Shown here: one piece after another, positions 12,296 through 24,396 of the stretch
How the letters are laid out: the number at the start of each line of letters is the position of its first letter
Numbering within the stretch: position 1 is the stretch's first letter
Assembly: GCA_016748015.1 (NCBI GenBank)
Contig: JAAOMT010000076.1
Coordinates: forward strand, 62,001 to 126,000
Direction of reading: 5' to 3'
DNA length: 64,000 bases
Origin: Geosiphon pyriformis uo1
Lineage: Eukaryota; Fungi; Glomeromycota
Program-made: the position numbers and the translations under genes
Notes under the pieces: generated by a model
What the model was told of the DNA's origin: nothing
What the model saw: only the letters and a program-made list of their open reading frames with translations
Database searches by the model: none

Positions 12296-14401
12296 TTTTT
12301 GTTATATTTTTGGATTAGAATGTTCTTAGATTTGTCTCATTTATAATAAACCATCAGCATTTCCATTTTTTTTTCCTTTTTTATAATACACTATATATTT
12401 GAATGGTGTATGTTCTATTTTTTATTTTACATGATAATTGTCTCCAAATTTTTGCTTCTGAATTGATGTTAATCTTTTATGATCAGTATATATGTCAAAT
12501 TTTTGGCTTAAATATTTTTTCTATTTTATAACTGCTCAATAGATAGCTAAATGTTCTAATGCTAGTGTTTTATAGTTTTTTTCAGCTGGACTTAGACTTC
12601 AGCTAACATATGCTACTGGGTATTCTTTTTCATCTGGTCTTTTCTGTGATAATACTGCTTCTAATACTTAACCTAATGCATTAATAGTAATAATAAATGG
12701 CTTACTGTAATCTAAATAGATCAATACTGGTGCTTGGATAAGTTTTCTTTTTAAAGTATCAAAAGCTTTTTGTTGTTTTTTAGTCCATTTGTATTTCACA
12801 TTTTTGGCTTGAAGCTGGTGAAGTGGTTAAGCTATTTTTGAGAAGTTCTGTATAAAATGGTGATAGTATTTAGCAAATCCTAAGAATGTTTGTAGTTCTG
12901 TCAAATTTATTAATACTGAAAAGTTTTTGACAATCTCAATCTTGTTTGGATCTGTCTTAATACTATTTTTGTTTACAACATGTTCTAAAAATTTCAATTC
13001 TATTTTGCCAAAAAAGCACTTGGTTGTATTCAGTTTTAATCTGGCTCTTCTTAATCTCTTGAACACCTGCTAGAGATAATACAAATAATTATTGAATGTT
13101 TTTGAAAACACATTGATATTATCTAAATATATGACTACAAATTTTTATAGCAATCTGGTATAAACAATTTCCATTAATTATTGAAATGTGGCTGAAGTGT
13201 TAATTAAGCCGAATAACATAACTTCAAATTCAAAATTCCCTTTTTTGGTAGTGAATACAGTCTTTTCTTTGTCAGCTGGATTCATGGCTACTTGTTAGTA
13301 ATTACTATCTAGATCCAATGTTGAGAACCATTTCTTTCCTCCAAAAGCATCAAAAAATTCTTGGATTCATGGAATGAGGTAGCTGTTTCTATGAGTTATA
13401 CTATTAAGTTTTCTATAATCCACACAAAACCAGATTTTTCTATTCTTTTTATGGACTAGTACTATTGGTAATAATGTTATTTATAAAATATAGGAATTAA
13501 ATATTAGTACATAAATTAGCCAATCAAAATAGATGTAGTAAAAGTAAAATTCCAGAATTCCTTTTAGAAAAATTGCAGGATTTCAAAATTACAGGAATCC
13601 TGTATAAGGAATTACAGAATTCCTGGCTAGAGAATTAAAGAATTCAAGAAATCTTGTACAATGAAATTTATGTATATATAGCAGTAGTATCAGAAGCTAG
13701 AAAATTAGTCAAGAAGACTTAGAGTCAGTAGAACTCTCAGAGTCAATTAGACTTACAGATCATAATTATTAAATACTTTTCCTTTCAAAGATAGTTGTTA
13801 TTAACCAAAATAAAATTATATCAATAAAATATCTCTTCAATTTTTCAAATCCATATTATTGTTATTTTTTGAGAATCTATTTACTTTTTCATTTATTAAC
13901 ACTTTATGTTGATAAAATTCAATACTTAACTATACTAAAACAATAGCTTTTGATTATGGCTATTAATAGAATATTAATATTTATTGTCTTAGCTTACTTT
14001 TTTCTTTTCTTTTCTTTTATTTTCTTTATTTTTCTTTATTTTCATTTTCTGTCTTTGGTTATTTTGATTACTAACTTGATTAAAAGAATTAACATGTAAA
14101 GGTACTAATGTCAAAATATAAGTAACTGGTAAAAGACCCAGGAATAAGGATAAAACACTCAATTAAAGATAGCTTACTAGGAGAATTACTGGCCATTATG
14201 CTAAGAAAGAAATTTGATAAAATTGCAGTTCTGAGAAACTACAGATAAAACAATAAGTGAATCTCTGTTTATTATACAAAGAACTCAACCAAAATTTTTA
14301 GATCATGAAAATCTTTAGAAACCAACATTATTATATTAATTGAGTACCAAGTTATGGATTTGTTATTTGCTTTGAGACCCTAAATAATCATCTGTAACAT
14401 T

Positions 14402-14418
14402 TGGTGCTTCCTATGAGG
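14402..14418 (+). promoter_or_regulatory. Primer-binding site (tRNA 3'-end complement)
   Basis: TGGTGCTTCCTATGAGG lies 2 nt after the LTR; related PBSs follow the 5' LTRs of B, C and D. Confidence 0.8.
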
Positions 14419-14532
14419 TATAATCTTACAGAGAATCAGCATTAATCATTAATTATACAGAAAAGTAGCAGACCAAGAAAAAACAAGAGAAAATCACTTA
14501 GAATTCACAAAATTTTTATTTTATCATTACCT

Positions 14533-14770
14533 TTAAAAAAATTGTTAAATTAAAACTTCGATTATTTAAAATCTGATCATTAAAACCCTGAACATTCAAA
14601 ACTTATCTTTAATAAATTCATTAAAAAACTTGTTAAATTAAAACTCTGATTATTCAAGATCTGATCATTAAAATCCCGAATATTTGAAACTTACCTTTAA
14701 TAAACTCATTAAAACTCATTAAAACTCATTAAAACTCTGATTATTCAAGACCCAATTGTTCAAAAACCCA
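14533..14770 (+). repeat. Tandem repeat, ~88-bp unit (about 2.5 copies) with a nested TTAAAACTCA x3
   Basis: 14533 and 14621 start near-identical units; the 10-mer is repeated at 14709-14738. Confidence 0.8.
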
Positions 14771-17700
14771 AACATTCAAAACCTAATAATTCTAACCCTG
14801 CTATTGCACAAAAAAGCTTATCATCAATAAAACTTGTTAAATCTCTAGTAATTCAAAACTCTGAGAATTATTCAAAAACCTGAACATTTAAAGTCTAATA
14901 AATTTCAAATACCATTATTATACAAGAAAACTTATCTCTGATAGCCCAATAAAACCTAATTTTCACAGTACCAATAAATCAGCAAAACTCACCTGACAGC
15001 CCTAAGTCAGAATATTAAGATGTAGTCACAATTTACTTCCATGTGTTATATATTTAAAGAAGAGCCAATCAGCAAGAACAAATAGAAATTGGAATCAGAA
15101 CTTAATTCAACTCCACTGATGATAACAATAATTCAAATTCCATTAATAACAATGACAATTTAAACTCTGCCAACAACAAATTCAAACTCCACTTCAAACA
15201 CCAAACAATATATTACGCTTCTAGATCTTACAATGAAGCAGAAATTAACTAAATTCAATGATAATAATGAGGGCATTATGTCTGAACATGCACATAATAC
15301 AGATGCAAGATTTGAACTTGAATATTCTGGACATACGACTATAGTTAAAAACCCCAGTTACGTATAAAAATTAGAAAAAAAATAGCAATAAAAATTACAG
15401 CAACAACATTGATACAAAAAAAAAATTTAGAAGATTTTATAGGAACTCAATATTAAAGGAGAAAATAATGTTACTCATAGAATATAGATATTAAATATTA
15501 GTACATAAATTAGCCAATCAAAATAGATGTAGTAAAAGTGGAATTCCAGGATTTTTTTTAGAGAAATTGCAAGATTCCAGAATTACAAGATTCCCATATA
15601 AGGAATTATAGAATTTCTGAAATTTCAGGATTTCTGGCTAGAGAATTAAGAAATTCAAGAAATCTTGTACAATGAAATTTATATATATATAACAGTAGTA
15701 TTAGAAGCTAGAGTCAGTAGGACTCTTAGAGTCAATTAGACTCACAAGTCATAATTATTAAATATTTTTCCCTTCAAAAATAGGTGCTATCAACCAAAAT
15801 AAAATTATATCAATAAAATATTTTTTCAATTCTTTAAATCCATGTATTGTTATTTTTTTGAGAATTTACTTACTTTTTTATTTATTAACACTTCATGTTA
15901 ATAAAATTCAATACTTAACCACACTAGAACAATAGCTTTTGATCATAGTTATTAACAGGATACTAACATTTATTGTCTTGGCTTACTTCTTTTTTTTATT
16001 TTTTTTATTTTTTTTTATTTTTATTTTCTGTCTTTGGTTATTTTGATTACTAACTTGATTAAAAGAATTAACATTTGAAGGTACTGATGTCAGAATATAA
16101 GTGACTGGTAAAAGATTTAGAAATAAGGGTAGAACACTTGATTGAAAATAGCTTATCAAAAAGATTACTGGCCATTATACTGAAAAAGAAATTTGATAGA
16201 ATTGCAGTTTTGGGAAGCTACAAATAAAACAATAAGTAAATCTTTGTTTATTATACAAAAAACTCAACCAAAATTTTCAGATTATGAAAACCTTCAGAAA
16301 CCAATATTATTATATTAATTGAGCACCAAGTTACAGATTTGTTATTTAATTTAAGACTCCAAATAATTACTTGTAACAATGACCATAAACTTATTAATAA
16401 TTGAATTAATCTATTGTCCAATATTCTGTTGATTTTTTATCGAATTATCTCATGGCTTGCTGGTAGTACTCTATATGCTCTTTGTTTAATTGACATTACA
16501 TCTTTAGTTTTGATCTGATGCTAAATAATATCAGTTCTACCAAATTCATTTTCACTTGTGAAGATATCAGTAAAATTGTTAAGTAACATTTTGAGTTGCA
16601 TTCTTTGAAGTGAGTCTAAATTTTTCAAGTTTATTTGTTTCAATTGTTCTGGTTAGAACAAATAATATTTTTTTTGTTCATATATTGTTTGTAATATTAT
16701 GTTTACATATCTGCATAGTTGTAGAAAATTTGGAATAGTGCTTGGTAATTGTTTTTCGACTTCTATACTTAAATAACCAATAGTAATTCTTTTTGGTATT
16801 TCAATAACCTTTTTTATTGTATTGTAGATAAAAATTTTGATGTGTTTAGAGCTTTTGGCTGGTATGTAAAGATTGGTAATTCCAATTTTCCCTAATTTAC
16901 AATTGGTAGCTTCTACTTTGACAATTTGAGCTTAATCTTTTCTTTTCTTTTCTATGGCTAACATGTACTGATTATATGACAGAATAAAAATTGATTAACA
17001 GATGAAGATAATTTCTCTCTTGTTAATAACTTCTTTCTTTGCCATATTAACTAATATATCTATCCTATCTGTGAATCCAAATCCACTTATTTCTCTTGCT
17101 GTTATCTCTAATTTTTTTCTTTTTTCTACTAATACTAACTAAGTTATTTTAATTAAAAGTAAGAATATTATTTATGTTATCTTTTTATTTGGTTCAATAA
17201 TATATATTTTTTTTAAGTCATTTTATAGCATTGTAATAATATTTCCTATATATTTTATGTCAATTATTTCTCCTTTGATATTGATCTCTTTTTTACTAAA
17301 CTACTTCTAGATGTTAGTTAAACTATTGTTATTGTTAGAATTTCCAGTGCTACTTTCAGATCAATACATATATGTGAATGTAATTCCAATTTAATGGCAT
17401 CTTTTTTAGAATATCTTAAGTCAAACCCTGCATTAGTATTATGTATATGTTCTGACATAATACTTTTATTATTATTGCTGAACCATTTTAATTCCTGTTC
17501 TTTGGAAAAATTGGGAAGCATAATGTATTGTTTAGGATTATAATTGGAGTTTGAATTGTTGTTATTGCTATTGCCATTTAGAATTGAGCCAGAATCATTG
17601 TTTTTATTATTATTGTTAAAGTTTAAATTGAGATCAGATTTCAATTCTAACTCCAATACACAGTTGCTAATTGGTTTTTCTTCTCCTGAAATTGTATAGA

Positions 17701-20700
17701 TCATGGATGATGGTGGATTGTAAACAATTATCACAATATTTAAAATCACTAAAAATTAAATAATGTCTGCATAGTTGGGTATTTAATTGTTTTAATTATT
17801 GTTCTTGCTTTTTTCTGATTGGTGCTAGGTTTTGGTAGTGTTTATAGAATTCTTTAAGACTAGCTTCAATGTCAAAAAAAGCATCCAAATTCAGAATAAA
17901 GAAGATTTTGGCTGGTTCAGGTTGGTTGTTTTTAATTTCTAATATTTCATTGGGCAAAGCATCTTTAACTTTAGTGCTTGTCATTCTCCAGATCTTATTT
18001 TTATCATGTGGGTATTTATCTAAGCATAATAGAGCATGGTTCTATATAGTATTAAAAAACATTTTTCTGCTGACCCAATTACTTATGAGGATTGTGTATT
18101 GACACAAGGTATTGCATATTCCTCTTTAACCAAGAATGTTATTTCACATTCTCTTGTTGAGTAGGGTTTCCTCATAAGTGAAACATGATTTGTTGTTCTA
18201 CTTTCCTTGTTTTTTTGGATAGTCATAATATTTTCAATAGCATGGTTTACAGTAATAGTGCATGTATGTCTAGTAATCTTTGTTAAGCACAATTCAAGCT
18301 CTTATGGAGGACAGCTATTTTTTGCAGTCTTTACTTTTAAGTAAAATATATGGTGGCTTTGGTCTGATGTCAATTGAATATGATCTTTCCCAATCACTGG
18401 TGGTTTTACTGATGGTGGTATTTTTTTGTGGCTTGTTTTTTTCTTTCCTTTTCTCTTTACCATTTCAGGAAAGTATTGGTGGTAATTTGTTGTGATTAGT
18501 GTTAGCCCATAAGATTTGATAGGCTTCTTAGATAGGTTTTTTTTCTTCTTTTTCCTCAAGTTTAATTAGTGGCTGTTTGTTGATAGTAGTTTTAAAGTGA
18601 TCACAAGTGGCTGGTACTTGTATGTTCTGGCCATTCTGGCTTAATTGTAGTTTCTGAGTATTCTAGTCAAGTACAGCATTGGTTTTGAACAACCAGTTAT
18701 TACCAATAAGAACTTAGTACTATGTAACTTTTATGACAAAAATCTTTATGAGTGTAATAATACCTTTGACTTCAAATAGAAAGTTGTTGATTTCACCAAT
18801 AGGAATTTTAGTTGCTTTATCAGCTGTAATAATTCTGGCACTAGCAGCATAATCAACTTAGCAACCTAATTGGTTTATAAATTGCTTAGTAATAATGCTG
18901 CCTGCTGATCCACTATTAAAAATCAGTTTAATAGAGTGGCCATCAACTTTTGCATCTGTATACATGGCCATAATTGGTTTAGCATTAAGAGCAATTCTAT
19001 TAAATAATAGCATTTTGATTTGGTTTTCTAATTTGAAAGGGAATATAGTGTCAAGTAACTTGTTTTTTGTGATGGTTGTTGGCAGTATATTGCTAATAAG
19101 TGGCTTTTGGTAAGTTTTCAAGTTGTTAAAAGTGGCATCTTCTGGAGTAACCAAAAGACTTAAATAGTGCTAAGAATTTGGATTTTGAACATACTCTGTT
19201 TCCAAATTCTGCTGGCGTAATCCAAATTGTTGGACTACTAAACTGGGGATTGGTTGGCACATTACTATTACTGATCTCCAGTTTTGTTGAGTGTGTGTAA
19301 TTCTCAGTCTTTGAGTTCTGGATGATATTTGAGTTAAGTATGATGGTGGTATTTGAATTAGTTGGGATTAATATATTATTTGCAACTGTGGCTAATATAT
19401 TATGAGTGCTAAAATTTGATATACTGGAGGTAAGTATATTGGTTGTTGTGTCATTTGTGAGTAATGAAGTTGATATTGATCTTGATTTGGAGAGTAAATC
19501 GAAATTTGAAACCAGTGATCAGAGTTTCTATATTGACTTTTCAATTATTGAATATTTAATTATAATTAGCAATCTCTTTGAATGTGTTTGTGTTTACCAC
19601 AATAATGGCAGTTACATATTTTTTAAGTTTATGACTGGTTTGATAATAATAACTGTAATTAATACTAACTTTAATTAGAAATTTTTGGATTTGTGTACTA
19701 TTACAGTGACTGATAGATGACCTAATTGTTGTTAGCTAAGTATTTTTCTAATTTATGATTAATGAATTTAGTAAGTTGTTTCAATTTAGAATCCAAGTCA
19801 GATAATCTATTCATTACTAAATTAATAGCTTAGGTGTAGTTGGCTTTTAATTCAGTGAATTTTAAATTTCTAGCATGATTAATAGCATCCTAAAGTATAG
19901 CTGAACATAGTAGATGTACACATTATAATAAGCTGTTGTGTAGTCCATGAATAAACTAATTCAAAATCTGGAGTACTGTAAAGTAGTTCATGTCGATAGC
20001 TTGAATTTGATGCAGATTTCAGTGGAAGCATTCTAAATAAGTGGTAACTACTTTAGTGTCTCCTTGTTTAATAGTAGTGAAATTAATTGTTAAGCAATTG
20101 ATACTGTTATGATTACTGAAATATTGCAGAAATGCAATTTTAAACATGTTGAAATCTTGTGGTTTGTTTACAAGATTTTGGTACCAAGAATCAATAGTGT
20201 TCTGTAGAAAGTATGGAATAGCTTGTATTGTTTTGACATCATCTCAATTGTTGTAGTTATTGCTTTGGCTATATCATTAAGTTAAACTTGGATGTTATCT
20301 TCTTTGCCAGTAAACTTTTTAAGTTTTGCAATTGAAACAAATACCATTGAAGTGATTATAAGTTGTTGTGACTGCTGTAATAATTGTGGCTGCAGCTGGA
20401 GTTGTATAACAATTGGTACAATTGGTGGTAGATTGATTATAATTTCTGGAGGTAAGTTTGGTTGATTAATAATGGTGGAGTTTAGATTGTTCTGATTTTG
20501 CTGAGTTGGAACAATCAGAATTTGAATTTTCAGGTTTTCTGGAATTGAGTTTTGGTAATTAAATTTCTGATTATTGTCTTTCTTTTCCTCTAATTCTGTT
20601 AATTTTTAAAGGCTTGCAGTTCTAAAATTTGGCTGAGATAGTAGTAATCAAAATTCTAATGGTGTTAGTGATCACGAATTAAATTCTTCAAAATAATCAT

Positions 20701-21306
20701 TGTAGATTCTCAATAACTCTGCTTTTTTTTGTTTACTTTGAAATAGAAGTTGAACTAATGCTGTTTTTGTTTTTGATGTAAATGTGCTTGTTGATGAAAT
20801 GTTGATGACACTTCTGGATGTATAGTGATATGATAAATTAGTTGGTAATACAACTCTTGTTTTTTTTCAAGTAAGTAGTTATATTCTCTGAGGTATTACT
20901 GTTGGTGTTTGTAGTTTTTCTTTGCTCTTGTTTACATAAGTAATTGGATATCTTTGTTAGATGTAATTTTCAATTTTTTAATTAATTTTAGTAATAATGA
21001 ATGTGAAATTATAATTTATTGGTAGGCTGGTGTTTTGAATTAATTTATTATAAAAATTTTTTCTTGCTGATTTAATATCTATTGTTGTTCCTAAAAAATA
21101 GGAAATTTTTTTATTAACATAGAAATTAAAAACTGATTCTACTAATAAGTAATTGCTGGTTAATTTCAAGTGTTAACAGTAATATTAAAATAAGAATTTG
21201 GCAAATCCTAAATAATTTGTCCTTATTCTTTCTGGTTCTGCTACTTTAGACTGGTTGTTGTTAATGCTAGTTTTCTGTAAAATTATACCTTACAGGAAGC
21301 ACTAAA

Positions 21307-22173
21307 TGTTACAGATGTTTATTTGGGGTCTTAAATCAAATAACAAATTCATAACTTGGTGCTTGATAGCTGTTATAATGGGTATTATCTGAAAGTATTA
21401 GTATCTAAAGGTTTTGGGTTAAGTTTTTTGTATAATGAACAAAAATTCAAGTGTTATTTGTCCATAGCTTTCTGAAATTACAATTTTATTGAATTTTTTT
21501 CTTCAGTATAGTGGCCTGTTTATTCTGGCAGTTGTGCTCTTTTAGTAAGCTATTTATTAATTATATATTATATTTTACCCTTATTTTTGGGTCTTTTATC
21601 AGACTATTTATGATGTTAATTATTCAATGCTTATTCTCTTAATCAATTAGTACACAATAACAAAAAAAAATAAAAGAAAGAAAAATAAAGAAGAAATTTA
21701 AGCCAAGACAATTTATGTTAGTATCCTGTTAATAGCCATAATTAAAAGCTATTGTTCTAATGTGATCAAATATTGAATACTATTAACATATAGTGTTGAT
21801 AGTAGAGAGAGTAATTTGGATAGTAAATAATTATTTATTAATATTAGTGATTCTAACTAAGATGTTTTGAATAAAGAGATCTTGGTATCAATTCTAATTT
21901 TTCTGCTTCTAATGCTCTTGCTATATATACATAATTTGGGTTCTACAAGATCACTCATATTCTTAAGTGATGTGCTATAATTTCTCAAGCAATGCTCACA
22001 TTGTTAAGCAATGTGTCATAATTTCTTGATATTGCTCCATATTGCTAAGCAATATGCCATAATTTCTGACAATGCTTCATATTGCTAAGCAATGTGCTTA
22101 TGTGTTTAATTACTATTCTTTTATTGATCTATCAATTACTACTATTTTTTTATATGTTTTTCTATAAGTAATA
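21307..22173 (-). repeat. 5' LTR of copy B
   Basis: Matches 9340-10206; followed on the minus strand by tt+tagtgcttcctgtaagg (degenerate PBS). Confidence 0.95.
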
Positions 22174-22400
22174 ACACATAGTATAGCTTTGGCTTTTATA
22201 AACTTTGCTGTTTTTTTTCTAATACTGATAATACAGTATCTGTTAAGATGGATTTATAATATTGCTTTGATTAGTTTAAGTGGCTGGTTATATATAAAAA
22301 GTACATAATTTGTGCTTAGTTTAGATTATTTAGTTTAATGTATTGTGCTTAGTAGTATTTAGGCTTTACTTATTAAGCATAATAAAAAAATAAAAAAAAA
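22174..22400 (+). mobile_element. LINE copy H 3' end: ORF2 C-terminus, 3' UTR and poly(A)
   Basis: Continues the frame broken at 9339; tail ...ttacttattaagcata(A)n matches LINE G ...ttacttattaaacata(A)n. Confidence 0.85.
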
Positions 22401-23564
22401 GTTTTTTAATATTAAATTGTTTACAAATTTCTTGTATCAAGTTGTTTATAAAGTGTGTTTCTCGATTGAATAAAAATTTAATTAAATATCTATGTCTACA
22501 AATAATGTTTTCATAGATGAAATTTGCTACTAATTTTGTTTTTGTTTTTTGAATGGCTCTGGTTTTAAGCCATTTGGTAAGATAATTTACTACAACTGCT
22601 ATATAACAGTTTTTTTTAGTGATAATAGATAGTAGTCTAACTAAATTGATACTGATTTTATTAAAAGATTGTCTAACTTTGATTGAATTTAAAGATTTAG
22701 TCAAACAAGTTTTTTCTTTTTTTTGACAACTATTATAAAATTCTATATATTATTGAATGTTTTTTTACATATAAAGCCAAAAATAATATTTTTTCTTAGA
22801 TATGTTAACAATAAATCTATATACATGTTTTAAAAGATAGTTTTTTTCTTATTTTTTTGCACTAATCTAAATGAAGTTGTTGAATTTTTCTGATTTTGAT
22901 AATAAATTTTGTTGTAATATAGAAAATATTGTTTTGATTAGAGATTAGTTTTTTGGCATAATAAAAGTCTCCAAGTAATTTTTAATGTTTTTGTAATTTC
23001 TAAAATTCATTGTTTGTTGATTGTTTTGTTGTTGTTGATTTATTAAATTGTAGGTGTTGATTCTAATTTTGTTTTATTTTTGAAAAGCTATCTATGTTGG
23101 TGTGTAGTTTTTTTGGTTTATGGTATACAACATATTTGTAATTTGCAAGGAAATTAGTTTATTGGAATTGTTTTGCATTGAGTTTTGATCTTTTTTTGTT
23201 GAGTTATTTGAGACCAATTTTGTCAATTATAATGTCAAATTTTTTTTCATTTTACAAATATTGTTAAAAGTACTTTAAAACTTAAATAACAGCTGCTACT
23301 TTCAATTTAATGAAATCAAATTTAGTTTTAGTAGATTCGAGTATTCTATTAGCATAAGCAATAACTCATTTATTGCCATTGTTATCTAATTGCAACAAAA
23401 TAGTACCAAATATTGTATATAAAGCATTAGTAAATAAATAAAGCTGTTTGCTAAAATTTGGATAAGCAAAAACTAAAGCTATAATAAATTTTTCTTTAAA
23501 GGTGTTGAATACTTGTTGTTGAATTTGTGTTTATTAATATTTTACATTTTTGTTAGTTAGATGG
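22401..23564 (-). mobile_element. Decayed Gypsy copy E (A/C family): integrase, RNaseH and RT end
   Basis: ORF 22366-22704 aligns with the integrase core; ATG at ~23010 after an A/C-rich spacer; RT EIAKPLNHL rejoins 44330 across the solo LTR. Confidence 0.85.
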
Positions 23565-24396
23565 TATTATTCATAGAAAAAAGTACAAAAAAAATAGTAA
23601 AAAAAACAGATAAAAAAAATAGACCAATAAAAGAATAGTATTGAGCATATAAATACATTGTTAATAAATTATGACATATTGTTTAACAATGTGAGCAATA
23701 TCAGTAGATTAAGACACATTGCTTGAGAAATTATAGCACATTGCTTATGAATGTGTGAAATTTTATAGATCATCAATTATGTATATAAAATGAGAGTGTT
23801 AGAAGCAAAAAAAAAAATTCTTAGTTAAAAAACACAGTTCTAAATCTACATCACATATTAATAAATTATTAATTACTACTTGAATCTATGTTATCATTGC
23901 TTAATTAATAAATATTAATTATCTCTACTCTATTAACATTCTATGTTGATAAAATCCAAGACTTGACTACACTAGAACAATAGTTTTTAATTATAGCTAT
24001 TAATAGGATATTAATTTTTTCTTTTTTTTTTTTCTTTATTTTTTTTTCTTTTATTTTGTTTTGTAAATTTACTAACTAATTAAAAAAATTAATGTATAGA
24101 GTACTAATATCAAAATATAGCATTGGTAAAAAATCCAGGAATAAAAATAGATACTCAGAATCAAGAATAGTTTATCAAGAAATACTGGTTATTGAGCTGA
24201 GAAAAAAATTGATGTAATAAAATATTTTGGAAAGCTACAGACAACAATACATACCAACTTGAGAATTGGGAAAGAAACTTAAAATACTTTAACAGAATAT
24301 CCACATTAAACCTCTGTTTATTATATAAAGAACTCAATTAAAATCTTCAGACACAAAAATCTTCAGATATTACCAACTATATCACTTTTTAAGCAC

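Larger units (their letters stand above)
13475..16378 (+). mobile_element. Non-autonomous, internally deleted LTR element nested in the RT of copy B
   Basis: LTRs 13475-14399 and 15469-16378; PBS tggtgcttcctatgagg at 14402; PPT aaaggagaaaataa before 15469; TSD ataa/atga; host RT rejoins across it; only ~1.07 kb of internal sequence. Confidence 0.93.
12330..21300 (-). pseudogene. pol: gag-pol remnant of copy B (split by the 13475-16378 insertion)
   Basis: RT (LKLNTTKCFF...FLGFAKYY); dUTPase (AGFDL, ~17060-17470); Cys-rich domain; PR LIFNSGSAGS (~18900); capsid-like region ~19850-20340; CHYCGKH knuckle. Confidence 0.88.
9340..22173 (-). mobile_element. Full-length Ty3/Gypsy copy B inserted in LINE H
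   Basis: Two 867-bp LTRs (9340-10206, 21307-22173); TSD acat/acac; LINE ORF2 resumes at 22174; PPT next to 10207; PBS next to 21306; pol domains on the minus strand. Confidence 0.93.

Noticed and set aside
13890-14000. Apparent peptide (YVDKIQYLT..LLIMAINRIL) in the conserved LTR block
   Set aside because: An in-frame TAG is shared by nearly all LTR copies and the other frames also stop; the conservation is better explained by RNA structure.
21351-21353. ATG in U5 of copy B as the gag start
   Set aside because: Other LTRs, including B's own 3' LTR, have ACA here, implying ancestral ACG; the ATG is probably a CpG-decay product.
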